In this document: positions 28,606-37,204 of the stretch, piece after piece | Layout of the letters: the number at the start of each line of letters is the position of its first letter | How positions within the stretch are numbered: position 1 is the first letter of the stretch | Origin: Minisyncoccia bacterium | GTDB lineage: Bacteria > Patescibacteriota > Minisyncoccia > Phycocordibacterales > UBA9973 | Assembly (NCBI GenBank): GCA_041737125.1 | Contig: JBGSSJ010000013.1 | Location: 6,236 to 70,235 of the forward strand | Direction of reading: 5' to 3' | Length of the DNA stretch: 64,000 bases | The notes under the pieces: model-generated | Database searches by the model: none | What the model saw: only the letters and a program-made list of their open reading frames with translations | Told to the model about the DNA's origin: nothing | Position numbers and translations under genes: made by a program

Positions 28606-30249
28606 CTATATTTTCGCCATCACTTCTTCTGCTTTAGCTTTCGTCTTCGGTCCAAAGATACCATCGGGTACTAGATTACTCGCTTTCTGGAAAAGGATAA
28701 CTGCTTCTTTTGTTTTCAAGCCAAATATTCCATCAGCTGTAGGTAATTTGTAAGTTTGTTGATTTAGTGTAGGTATCAATTGATAACCTTCAACATTTAA
28801 GAATTCTTGAAGATACATTACATCAGCTCCGACTAGTCTTGGTGTCTGGAACTTAAGAGTTCTAGTGAATATATTAGGTTTCTTTATCAGGTAGCCATAT
28901 TGTCCTGTATATATATTTGGGTCGATTGTCGGTGTAGACATAAACACTGGTGGTTTGATGTATGACCCTGAAGATGAACGACAAGATTCTGTAGTGAATG
29001 TCATATCAGAGCCATAGCTTGTACCTATAGTGTTGGTAGCATAAGAACGATAATGGTATGTAGTATTGCAGTCTAAGTCTTCTATACTGCTACTGTATGC
29101 ACCTGTAGAGAATGATCCATTTTCAATAGTGTTTGTACCGTAGTTTGTATCAAGACCATAGTTGAATCCACGTATTGTAGGGTTCGCTCCTCCGGTTGAT
29201 GTGATATTACCATTTAGAGTGGTGGATGATCGTTCGGTATTAGTAGCAGGGGTCGTATTAAGTGATGGAGAGAAAGTGAGGGTGGTAGTATAAATATAGC
29301 CACTTGAAACTGTAGCTGCTAATTTCATACCATCTGCAGATGAAGTTATATCTGACCAACCAAATCCTCCAGTGTTTGATTGTTGAAGCCAAGTAACACC
29401 TGAATTTTCTGATGTATATATATATCCAGAATTTACTACTGCTGCGAGTTTTGTACCATCAGAAGATGAGGTAATAGACCTCCAATTTCTTTGACCTGAT
29501 GCTGTTTGTTCTGTCCAAGTATTTCCAGAATTCGAAGATGTATATATATATCCACCATAAACAGTAGCTGCTAATTGGACGCCATCCGAAGAGGAAGTTA
29601 TAGAATTCCATATTCTAGCACCTGAACCTGTCTTTTCAATCCATGTATCACCAGAATCTGTAGAAGTATAAATATAATCTTCTACTCCAAGTACTATTAC
29701 CGCGAGTTTCATACCATCCGAAGAAGAAGTTACAGAGCCCCAAGCTTTTTCACCTAAAGTTGTATATGGTGTCCAAATAACACCAGAATCTGTAGAAGTA
29801 TAAATATACTTAGATCCTCCTATATCCACAGTTGCTACCAAATTATTACCGTTAGAAGATGAAGCTATTGAATTCCACACTCTAACACCTGAATCTGCTT
29901 GTTCTACCCATGTAACACCAGAATCTGTAGAAGTATAAATATAACCTCCATATACCACCGCTGCGAGCTTCGTGCCATCTGAGGAAGAAGCGACTGAACG
30001 CCAGTCTCTTTGTCCTGAAAGTGTTTGTTCTGTCCAAGTATTTCCAGAATTTATTGAAGTATAAATATAACCTCCATCGACAACAGCTACGAGCTTAGTG
30101 CCATCAGAAGAGGAAGCTATAGAAGACCAGTTCCTTTGTCCTGAAAGTGTTTGTTCTGTAAAATCTGCATTTGTAAGATACGGAATAAATAAAGTCGTAA
30201 ATAAAGCAAATAAAAGGATAGTTGAATTTAATTTAAAATTTTTTAACAT
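28606..30249 (-). CDS. secreted BNR/Asp-box repeat beta-propeller protein with C-terminal peptidoglycan-binding (PG_binding_1-like) domain
   Basis: Signal peptide, then seven repeats of about 42 aa each carrying YIYTS-x-[DN]SG-x-TW (the SxDxGxTW Asp-box). C-terminal DGIFG.KT.EAV..FQ is PG-binding-like. Confidence 0.7.
   Translation of the reverse strand: MLKNFKLNSTILLFALFTTLFIPYLTNADFTEQTLSGQRNWSSIASSSDGTKLVAVVDGGYIYTSINSGNTWTEQTLSGQRDWRSVASSSDGTKLAAVVYGGYIYTSTDSGVTWVEQADSGVRVWNSIASSSNGNNLVATVDIGGSKYIYTSTDSGVIWTPYTTLGEKAWGSVTSSSDGMKLAVIVLGVEDYIYTSTDSGDTWIEKTGSGARIWNSITSSSDGVQLAATVYGGYIYTSSNSGNTWTEQTASGQRNWRSITSSSDGTKLAAVVNSGYIYTSENSGVTWLQQSNTGGFGWSDITSSADGMKLAATVSSGYIYTTTLTFSPSLNTTPATNTERSSTTLNGNITSTGGANPTIRGFNYGLDTNYGTNTIENGSFSTGAYSSSIEDLDCNTTYHYRSYATNTIGTSYGSDMTFTTESCRSSSGSYIKPPVFMSTPTIDPNIYTGQYGYLIKKPNIFTRTLKFQTPRLVGADVMYLQEFLNVEGYQLIPTLNQQTYKLPTADGIFGLKTKEAVILFQKASNLVPDGIFGPKTKAKAEEVMAKI
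29320..30135 (-). repeat. tandem, roughly 126-bp near-identical coding repeats encoding the BNR blades
   Basis: Recurring strings such as ccagaatctgtagaagtataaatata. Boundaries are approximate. Confidence 0.6.
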
Positions 30250-30275
30250 ATAACTATTATATCATATAAAACAAC

Positions 30276-30296
30276 AAAGCCCCGTTGAGGGGCTTT
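30276..30296 (-). terminator. terminator downstream of rpsI
   Basis: aaagcccc-gttga-ggggcttt, followed by a T run on the minus strand. Confidence 0.75.
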
Positions 30297-30298
30297 GT

Positions 30299-30709
30299 TT
30301 AACGTTTTGACCATTGTGGAGATTTGCGAGCTTTCTTGAGTCCGAATTTCTTTCTTTCTACTTGGCGAGGATCACGTTTGAGCATTTTTGCTTTCTTGAG
30401 AACTCCGCGTAGTTCAGCATCAAATAATACTAGTGCACGAGATATACCATGGCGTACTGCTTCTGCTTGAGCATGAGATCCACCACCCTTTGTTGTGACT
30501 ACTACCTCGAACTTCTCAGATGGAGTTGCTTGCTCGAATGCACCAGTAACTATCTTGTTGAGCTCAGGAGTCGGGAAATAAACCGCTAGTTCTTTACCGT
30601 TTATATCATAAGTTGTCTTGGAAGCTTTGAATAGCTTCACTACTGCTGTAGCAGTCTTCCTGCGGCCGATTGCTCTGTAGTATTCTTTTGTGTTTGTCTT
30701 TTTTTCCAT
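30299..30709 (-). CDS. rpsI: 30S ribosomal protein S9
   Basis: GGGSHAQAEAVRHGISRAL and a C-terminal KKAR...R tail. Confidence 0.92.
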   Translation of the reverse strand: MEKKTNTKEYYRAIGRRKTATAVVKLFKASKTTYDINGKELAVYFPTPELNKIVTGAFEQATPSEKFEVVVTTKGGGSHAQAEAVRHGISRALVLFDAELRGVLKKAKMLKRDPRQVERKKFGLKKARKSPQWSKR

Positions 30710-30716
30710 AAAAATT

Positions 30717-31067
30717 TTATTCGGTGATTGTTAAACGCTTCATCATAAGTGGGCGAAGCTTGTTTGCAGGTAGCATACCATAAACAGCAAGTTCATAAAG
30801 ACCCTTCCATCCTTTGTTCTTTATAATTTTGTCATTTGTAGCAGTTTTAAATCCACCTGGGTACCCTGAATATGTCTCGTGAAGAGTCTCTTTCATTCGG
30901 CGCTCTGACATTTTAGTCATCCCAGCGTTTGTAATATAAACCAGGACATCAGCTACCTTGTTCGATACATAGTCCGGTGAATTCTTACCCATAAGAGCCT
31001 TCGCAGCTACTGAAGCTACGCGTCCTAAAGTTTTGCCACTTGCATCAATTGTATGTGATTTAGCCAT
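30717..31067 (-). CDS. rplM: 50S ribosomal protein L13
   Basis: DASGKTLGRVAS...GMLP block; short form of L13. Confidence 0.85.
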   Translation of the reverse strand: MAKSHTIDASGKTLGRVASVAAKALMGKNSPDYVSNKVADVLVYITNAGMTKMSERRMKETLHETYSGYPGGFKTATNDKIIKNKGWKGLYELAVYGMLPANKLRPLMMKRLTITE

Positions 31068-31071
31068 ATAT

Positions 31072-31425
31072 TTATATAAATTCTATTACTGCCATCTTAC
31101 TTGCATCGCCTCCTCGACGAGGGAGCTTGGTAATGCGTGTATAACCACCTGCACGTCCTTTGTATTTTGGAGCTATAACATCTACTAGCTTCTTTGTCTC
31201 AGCGTTTAGATTATATAAACGAGACAGAACTATTCTTCGTGAAGCAAGTGTACCTAAATTTGCTTTTGTTACTAGCTTCTCCATTAATGGACGAAGTTCT
31301 TTGGCTTTGGCTTCTGTTGTCTCTATTCTCTCGTGAGATATCAATGACAAAACAAGACCTTTCAATAGTGCATGGCGTTGATTCTTGTTTCTTCCAAATT
31401 TTCTTACATTGCTGTGGTGTCTCAT
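31072..31425 (-). CDS. rplQ: 50S ribosomal protein L17
   Basis: MRHHSNVRKFGRNKNQRHALL... and GRAGGYTRI. Confidence 0.9.
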   Translation of the reverse strand: MRHHSNVRKFGRNKNQRHALLKGLVLSLISHERIETTEAKAKELRPLMEKLVTKANLGTLASRRIVLSRLYNLNAETKKLVDVIAPKYKGRAGGYTRITKLPRRGGDASKMAVIEFI

Positions 31426-31459
31426 AAATAATTACAAATTACTAATTACTAATTACGAT

Positions 31460-32491
31460 TTACTTTAGTGTTATACCATATCCGGAAAGTATTTTCTTGA
31501 TCTCCTGGATACCCTTATCACCTATTCCTTCGATTTCTAATAAATCCTCCTTCTTCTTACGAGCGATGCCTCCTACAGTGCGTATATTTGCACCTGTTAG
31601 AGCGTTCAGTGTACGAGTAGAAAGATCTAGGGTATCAATACGAGTCTTTAGGATATCTGTGAATTCACTGCCTTCACCTTCTTTCTTATCTTCTTTACCA
31701 TCCTTATCTGATTCATCTGTTTCATCTTTACTTACTGACTTAGATGAAATAGTGAAGCCGACGATTGCCTGTAATTGTTCTACCATAATAGTGATAGCAT
31801 GTTCAAGTGCTTCACGTGAAGAAAGTGTACCGTCAGTCTCGATAGTCATACGTAGGCGGTTGTGGTTTGTCTTGTCACCGACACGCATATTCTCAACTTC
31901 GTAAGAAACACGGCGGATAGGAGTGAATATCGCATCTACAGATATTGTACCTACTTCATTCTTTGTCTTCTGGTGAGAATCCTTTGGTACGAAACCAAGG
32001 CCTTTCTCTACTGTCATTTCTATAGAAAAGTTTACTTTACCTGTAACTTCTGCGATGTGAAGATCTTTATTTAGAACTTCAACTTGTCCAGATACATCGA
32101 TGTCACCGGCCGTAACAGTCTTTGGGCCTTTTACAGAAATCTTTACAGTTTGAGGTTCATCTGTTAATAGTCTGAAGCGAACTTGCTTCAAATGTAGAAG
32201 AATAGTTATAACATCTTCTTTGACACCTTCTAGAACTGAGAATTCATGGTCTGCACCTTCAATTTTGAGTGATGTAATAGCTGCACCTGTAAGAGAAGAT
32301 AGGATGATACGACGAAGAGAGTTACCAAGAGTATGTCCGTAACCAGGGTAAAGACCGTCAATTTCATAGACACCTTTAGTGCCTACTTCAGAAACGATAG
32401 ATAACTTTGATGGTAAGATAATATTTAAATCAGACATATAATATTTGATATTGGAAAGTATAAAACTTTCATTATTATTAAAAGCGAACAA
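31460..32491 (-). CDS. rpoA: DNA-directed RNA polymerase alpha subunit
   Basis: 343 aa. N-terminal dimerisation domain, alpha-CTD (LDLSTRTLNAL). Canonical position after rpsD. Confidence 0.92.
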   Translation of the reverse strand: MFAFNNNESFILSNIKYYMSDLNIILPSKLSIVSEVGTKGVYEIDGLYPGYGHTLGNSLRRIILSSLTGAAITSLKIEGADHEFSVLEGVKEDVITILLHLKQVRFRLLTDEPQTVKISVKGPKTVTAGDIDVSGQVEVLNKDLHIAEVTGKVNFSIEMTVEKGLGFVPKDSHQKTKNEVGTISVDAIFTPIRRVSYEVENMRVGDKTNHNRLRMTIETDGTLSSREALEHAITIMVEQLQAIVGFTISSKSVSKDETDESDKDGKEDKKEGEGSEFTDILKTRIDTLDLSTRTLNALTGANIRTVGGIARKKKEDLLEIEGIGDKGIQEIKKILSGYGITLK

Positions 32492-32502
32492 TGCGACCGC
32501 TA

Positions 32503-33111
32503 TTAACGACTATAAAATTCAAGCACAGTGTTAAGGTCTAAATAACCTTCCACATTTTTTGGTTTACCTTGCATACCACCTGAAAGTGATTCTGCATTAA
32601 AAGTAAGCCAGTTTGGTAAAGTATATTCTTTCATTTTCTTCGTCATATCAGCAAATAGTACACTCTTTGAGCTCCCTGCTCGGACAGCTATCACATCTCC
32701 AACTTTAACTTTGTGGGAAGCAACAGTTATCTTCTTACCATTTACTGTTATATGTCCGTGAGAAACCATCTGACGAGAAAGGCGGCGAGTATGAGCAAGC
32801 CCTAATCTGTAAGTGACATTATCAAGTCTAGTCTCGAGTAATTCGAAAAGGTATTCAGTAGCGGGTGCACCTTTGTGTGCAACTGCTTCGTTGATGTAGT
32901 TTGAAAATTGCTTTTCACTGATGCCGTACATGAAACGAACCTTCTGCTTCTCGATAAATTGAAGTCCGTAGTCAGAAAGTGCTTTCGGACGCTTGTTCTT
33001 CATATTCTTCGCATGACGAGCTTCAGATTGCACGAATTTAGCTGTTTGACATTTCTCAAACACACCTGGGCCTAGACGTCTACAAATTTTATATTTTTGG
33101 GCTGTTTTCAT
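32503..33111 (-). CDS. rpsD: 30S ribosomal protein S4
   Basis: 202 aa. CRRLG start and an S4 RNA-binding domain. Confidence 0.9.
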   Translation of the reverse strand: MKTAQKYKICRRLGPGVFEKCQTAKFVQSEARHAKNMKNKRPKALSDYGLQFIEKQKVRFMYGISEKQFSNYINEAVAHKGAPATEYLFELLETRLDNVTYRLGLAHTRRLSRQMVSHGHITVNGKKITVASHKVKVGDVIAVRAGSSKSVLFADMTKKMKEYTLPNWLTFNAESLSGGMQGKPKNVEGYLDLNTVLEFYSR

Positions 33112-33122
33112 ATTTATTTAAA

Positions 33123-33572
33123 TTATACTCTGCGAGGTTTCTTTGGTTTTGGACCATTGTGAGGGACTGGAGTTGTATCACGGACACCTGATATCTCTAT
33201 ATCATAAGCCATGAATGCACGGATAGTAGGCTCACGACCACTACCGACACCTTTCACTTTTACATCTACTTCCTTGATTCCTAGAGCTTTTGCTTTCTCT
33301 CCGATAACAGAACCTGCTTTTGAAGCTGCGAATGGTGTACCCTTCTTTGCACCTTTGAATCCTAGAGATCCAGCTGATGTCCAGAATAATGTATTACCTT
33401 CTTTGTCTGATAGTACTACCTTTGTATTATTGAAAGTGGCTTCTACATGCAAAGTACCAGAAACAATCTTCTTCTTTGGAACTTTAACAGATGATTTAGG
33501 CGCGTCTGCAACTGTAGTATCAACTACATCTTCTTTGCCCTCTTCTTTTTTTACAATTTTTACTTTTCCCAT
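33123..33572 (-). CDS. rpsK: 30S ribosomal protein S11
   Basis: HVEATFNNT...TSAGSLGFKG.KKGTPFAA core with a basic C-terminus. Confidence 0.92.
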   Translation of the reverse strand: MGKVKIVKKEEGKEDVVDTTVADAPKSSVKVPKKKIVSGTLHVEATFNNTKVVLSDKEGNTLFWTSAGSLGFKGAKKGTPFAASKAGSVIGEKAKALGIKEVDVKVKGVGSGREPTIRAFMAYDIEISGVRDTTPVPHNGPKPKKPRRV

Positions 33573-33584
33573 AATTTTTAGTTC

Positions 33585-33630
33585 TTAAAGTTTATAAAGG
33601 TTATAAAGTTGTAAAGTTTATAAAGTAAAA
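33585..33630. repeat. degenerate tandem TTATAAAG-like microrepeat in the rpsM–rpsK intergenic region
   Basis: aaagtttataaaggttataaagttgtaaagtttataaagtaaaaa. Confidence 0.4.
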
Positions 33631-33667
33631 ACCTTTAACCTTATAACTTTCTACTTGATTACTTGCC

Positions 33668-34048
33668 CTATGTCTTACTCTCCTTTCTGCGACCTGATGC
33701 CATTGTCTTTCTGACATTGCCACGGACTGTACGGGAATTTGTTTTTGTTCTTTGGCCATTTACTGGAAGCCTCTTCATGTGACGGACTCCTCTGTATGAC
33801 TTGATGTCTTTCAATCTTTTAATGTTTGCAGATATCTCACGCTTTAGAGCTCCTTCGATAGACATAGTCTCTATAACTTTACGGATGGAATTCTCTTGGT
33901 CTACTGTTAGAACGTCACCTTTAAGATTCTTATCTATACCTACTTCTTTGAGTATCATACGAGCGCGTGACAACCCAATACCATAGAGGGATGTAAGGCC
34001 TATGTCTAAATGCTTGTTGTTTGGAATGTTTATACCGAGTATTCTCAT
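33668..34048 (-). CDS. rpsM: 30S ribosomal protein S13
   Basis: MRILGINIPNNKHLDIGLTSLYGIG. Confidence 0.92.
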   Translation of the reverse strand: MRILGINIPNNKHLDIGLTSLYGIGLSRARMILKEVGIDKNLKGDVLTVDQENSIRKVIETMSIEGALKREISANIKRLKDIKSYRGVRHMKRLPVNGQRTKTNSRTVRGNVRKTMASGRRKESKT

Positions 34049-34053
34049 AAAAA

Positions 34054-34164
34054 TTATTGTTTTTGCTTATGTTTAGGATTATCACAAATAACGCGAAGGT
34101 GACCTTGGCGTTTTATCATTTTGCACTTCGCACAGATTTTCTTAACTGCTGATTTGATCTTCAT
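34054..34164 (-). CDS. rpmJ: 50S ribosomal protein L36
   Basis: Absent from the ORF track because it is under 60 aa. Hand translation gives [36 protein letters not shown], the canonical C-x2-C-x12-C-x4-H zinc ribbon. Confidence 0.9.
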   Translation of the reverse strand: MKIKSAVKKICAKCKMIKRQGHLRVICDNPKHKQKQ

Positions 34165-34281
34165 ATTATATAAATTGTCTTTACGCGAAATAAAAATATA
34201 GGGCTTTTACCCTCTATTTTTAACCAAAGCGTATGTCAGAACATACTACACTATATCTTTTAAAAATGCAAGCGTTATCTC

Positions 34282-34497
34282 TTAACTTCTCTTTATAATA
34301 CGGCCTTTGCCTCCATACGGATCAAGCAGTACTTCTACCCTATCCCCGACTAGCACTTTTATGCGATGCATTCGCATCTTCCCAGCCAAATAAGAGATAA
34401 TGATTTTGTCATTACCTATATCTACTCGAAATAGTGTATTCGGGAGTGCCTCAGTCACAGTACCTATGACTGTATTTGTATCATCTTTTTGATTCAT
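34282..34497 (-). CDS. infA: translation initiation factor IF-1
   Basis: 71 aa. S1-like OB fold, ...GKMRMHRIKVLVGDRVEV... Confidence 0.9.
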   Translation of the reverse strand: MNQKDDTNTVIGTVTEALPNTLFRVDIGNDKIIISYLAGKMRMHRIKVLVGDRVEVLLDPYGGKGRIIKRS

Positions 34498-34541
34498 CGA
34501 TTAGACAATCATAACAATATCTAGATTTATAGTCAATAATT

Positions 34542-35987
34542 TTATTGAGTCATCATATTCACTTTGATTTTTGAAACATCTTCTGGTAGATATGAATACC
34601 AAGGTGGGAAGATTTTTGCAGTAGCAGAGACTATGCCCGGATCAGCTTTGAATATTTCTACTAAGTTATTCTTATGGGCGCCTTTAATCTGCTCTTTGAG
34701 TTGTGCGAGGTCTGGTGACCAGACAGCTTCAATACTACCAGTGAGTGTAAACCCTATCGAATTCATATCTTTAGTGATAAGCCTTCCCTCTTCAGTGAAA
34801 GCAAACTTCAGCTTCGATACGTCAGTGATACTTATCTCCTTTATTTCCTTCTCAGAAATCTTCGGTAGCAAGTTATTAATTAGAACTTTTGATAAATCTT
34901 CCTTGTGTAGGATTATAGAAGACATAGTTCCTTTTATCATAACTCTTGCATTTGGTTGGTTGAACATTTCCTCAGAGTTCGTATCATAAAGGAATTGTGA
35001 AGCCTCATTATATAGAACATATCCTGGTGGAACTTCAGCTTCTACTTTCTTCATAAGATTATTGCGGAAAATTGTCTCAGCATTAGTTTTTATTATTTCT
35101 TTTTCTCTATCTCCTAGTGTATAGACTACACCTTCTGCTCCGCCTGTTATAGGAGTTTTGAGCTTAGCATACATTTTCGTAGCTTTGGCTGTGCCCTTGT
35201 AAGCATTAATTTTATAATCAGTTTCAGTATTATTGTATTGAGATCCAGCCAGGAATGAAGTCACTGTGACAGCCATTTCTCCGGGGACTATCTTACCACC
35301 TACTGTTTTATACCCGGGTATGGTTATAGCTTTGTCTGTTAGATATACTTTACCCGCAGCGTCGGATATATAACTATTCTTCGCAATCGTTTGGGCTTTA
35401 GTGCTGAATTCGTTGAAGAATGTAACTTCACCTTTTGCTTTATAAGACACATCATCTGTCTCACTTAGAGTTATCTCTTTGTAATCTTCCATCGAGACTA
35501 TCATAAGCTCGAAATCTACTGATGCATCTGCCCCTTTGGCTGCTATAAATGCTTTCTTATCTAGGTCAAAAGTCTGTCTTTTGTTCACCATATCTATGCT
35601 TACATTATGGAGCATATCAGAAATATAGTATCCCCCACCGAAGATGACAGCAATTATGAAGAATACTAGGAATGACTTCCTCATACCACCTGACCTTCTA
35701 CGACTTTGTGGAGTAGAATATATCTTTTCACTTATTTCGCGTTCATAAGAGCTTTGGTAAGGACGCGCTTGTACAGTAGGCTCACTCTTCTTCTCTACTA
35801 TCTTTTCGATTTCTACTCTTTGTATAGGCTTCTCTATAATTTTAGGCTCTTGTGGTTTTACAAATTTCTCTTTCACCACCTCATCTACCTCTCTTGTTTG
35901 GGCTTCGGTCTCTTTTATATTATTTTTTGAAATCATAGTGATTCGCACTCCCTTTGATTTCATATCCTGCATTATTTTTTTGGGCAT
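34542..35987 (-). CDS. bitopic membrane protein: basic/low-complexity cytoplasmic N-terminus, one TM, large extracytoplasmic domain (hypothetical)
   Basis: 481 aa. TM at about residues 104-122. Co-oriented and adjacent to the actin-like ATPase gene. Confidence 0.5.
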   Translation of the reverse strand: MPKKIMQDMKSKGVRITMISKNNIKETEAQTREVDEVVKEKFVKPQEPKIIEKPIQRVEIEKIVEKKSEPTVQARPYQSSYEREISEKIYSTPQSRRRSGGMRKSFLVFFIIAVIFGGGYYISDMLHNVSIDMVNKRQTFDLDKKAFIAAKGADASVDFELMIVSMEDYKEITLSETDDVSYKAKGEVTFFNEFSTKAQTIAKNSYISDAAGKVYLTDKAITIPGYKTVGGKIVPGEMAVTVTSFLAGSQYNNTETDYKINAYKGTAKATKMYAKLKTPITGGAEGVVYTLGDREKEIIKTNAETIFRNNLMKKVEAEVPPGYVLYNEASQFLYDTNSEEMFNQPNARVMIKGTMSSIILHKEDLSKVLINNLLPKISEKEIKEISITDVSKLKFAFTEEGRLITKDMNSIGFTLTGSIEAVWSPDLAQLKEQIKGAHKNNLVEIFKADPGIVSATAKIFPPWYSYLPEDVSKIKVNMMTQ

Positions 35988-35991
35988 ATAA

Positions 35992-37179
35992 TTAATTTAA
36001 TTTTCTCATAAAAGCTATGGCTTCGATCATTAAGAATGGATCACATGTTCCATCTTTGACGCTACACATTGTTAAAAATTCTGGTCCTTCAAGTGTCACT
36101 ACTGTGGCTTTGTGGTTGGCAACCATAGACTGAATGAAGGGTTCGTTGCGAATCACATCGACAAACCAATCACGGACATCTAAGTTTGCGGTTAGGAATA
36201 TAGTACTAGGTAATGTCAGAGTATGAGGCAGAGTACTAATAGCTTTACGGAATTCGTCACCCCAAGAATTCTCGATAGATTTGAACAATGGCTCTACTTT
36301 CTCTCTTTTACTTTCACTTAGACTATTCGTACTGTAGAGCTTGAAGAGTTCTTCTGCGTCACGTAGCTCAATTTCGAGCTTTGTATACATATATTTAAAA
36401 AATGTCTTTCTGCCGAATGGGAAAGATATGGATGCTTTTAGCACTCCTTTCGTAATAATAGCCACATCAGTAATCTCGCCACCGATATCGAGAAGCAAAT
36501 ATGAATCAGGTACTACATACCTGTCTCTTACTGCTATATATGATGACAATACAAATGAAGAGAATGATACAGGTATATGGTGGAAAGTTTTTGAAAGAAT
36601 TTCTCTTATAGCATCAAGAGCACTTTTGGGTGACATGGATATCGCGATATTCATCTCAGCAGAGCGGCTGTGCATACCTATAGGCTCTTCGACAAGGTAT
36701 CCATTGAGTGACACTCCCATAACTTGCTGCTCTATAATCTCAGGCTCACTTTTTGTATTGCTGTACTTCTCTTTGTATAAATTTCTGACAGAAGAAAGCT
36801 CATTATCTAGCATTTCATCTGCTATTTTGCTTGTGAAAATAAATGGTTTATCTTTTGTCATTTTTATTGTTCTAGTTTCTGATAGATACCATGGCGAAGA
36901 AAGAACGCATAGTATCTCGTCTGGTGCTGATATCTTGCTACTGTATAGCTTGTCTGCTGTAGAGTGAAGAGCCTTTAACATATCCTTGAGGAAGATATCG
37001 AAATCAAGTTCTTCGTGATAAGTGACTTCGGTGCGGAAAGATTTCAGTATTGTGGGTACTTTGGTTTTATCTGTAGGTATTCGCGTAAGAGCCCCACCGA
37101 CGCTACCAGAACCAACGTCAAAAATAGCGATAACTTTTTCCTTTTTAGATGATGAAAATAAAAAACTCATAGTACTCAT
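35992..37179 (-). CDS. actin-like ATPase (ASKHA superfamily; PilM/FtsA-like), second copy distinct from ftsA
   Basis: Phosphate-1 VIAIFDVGSGSVGGAL and phosphate-2/adenosine LLLDIGGEITDVAII motifs. Confidence 0.5.
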   Translation of the reverse strand: MSTMSFLFSSSKKEKVIAIFDVGSGSVGGALTRIPTDKTKVPTILKSFRTEVTYHEELDFDIFLKDMLKALHSTADKLYSSKISAPDEILCVLSSPWYLSETRTIKMTKDKPFIFTSKIADEMLDNELSSVRNLYKEKYSNTKSEPEIIEQQVMGVSLNGYLVEEPIGMHSRSAEMNIAISMSPKSALDAIREILSKTFHHIPVSFSSFVLSSYIAVRDRYVVPDSYLLLDIGGEITDVAIITKGVLKASISFPFGRKTFFKYMYTKLEIELRDAEELFKLYSTNSLSESKREKVEPLFKSIENSWGDEFRKAISTLPHTLTLPSTIFLTANLDVRDWFVDVIRNEPFIQSMVANHKATVVTLEGPEFLTMCSVKDGTCDPFLMIEAIAFMRKLN

Positions 37180-37204
37180 ATTATACTACAATTTCGGAAA
37201 ATAT

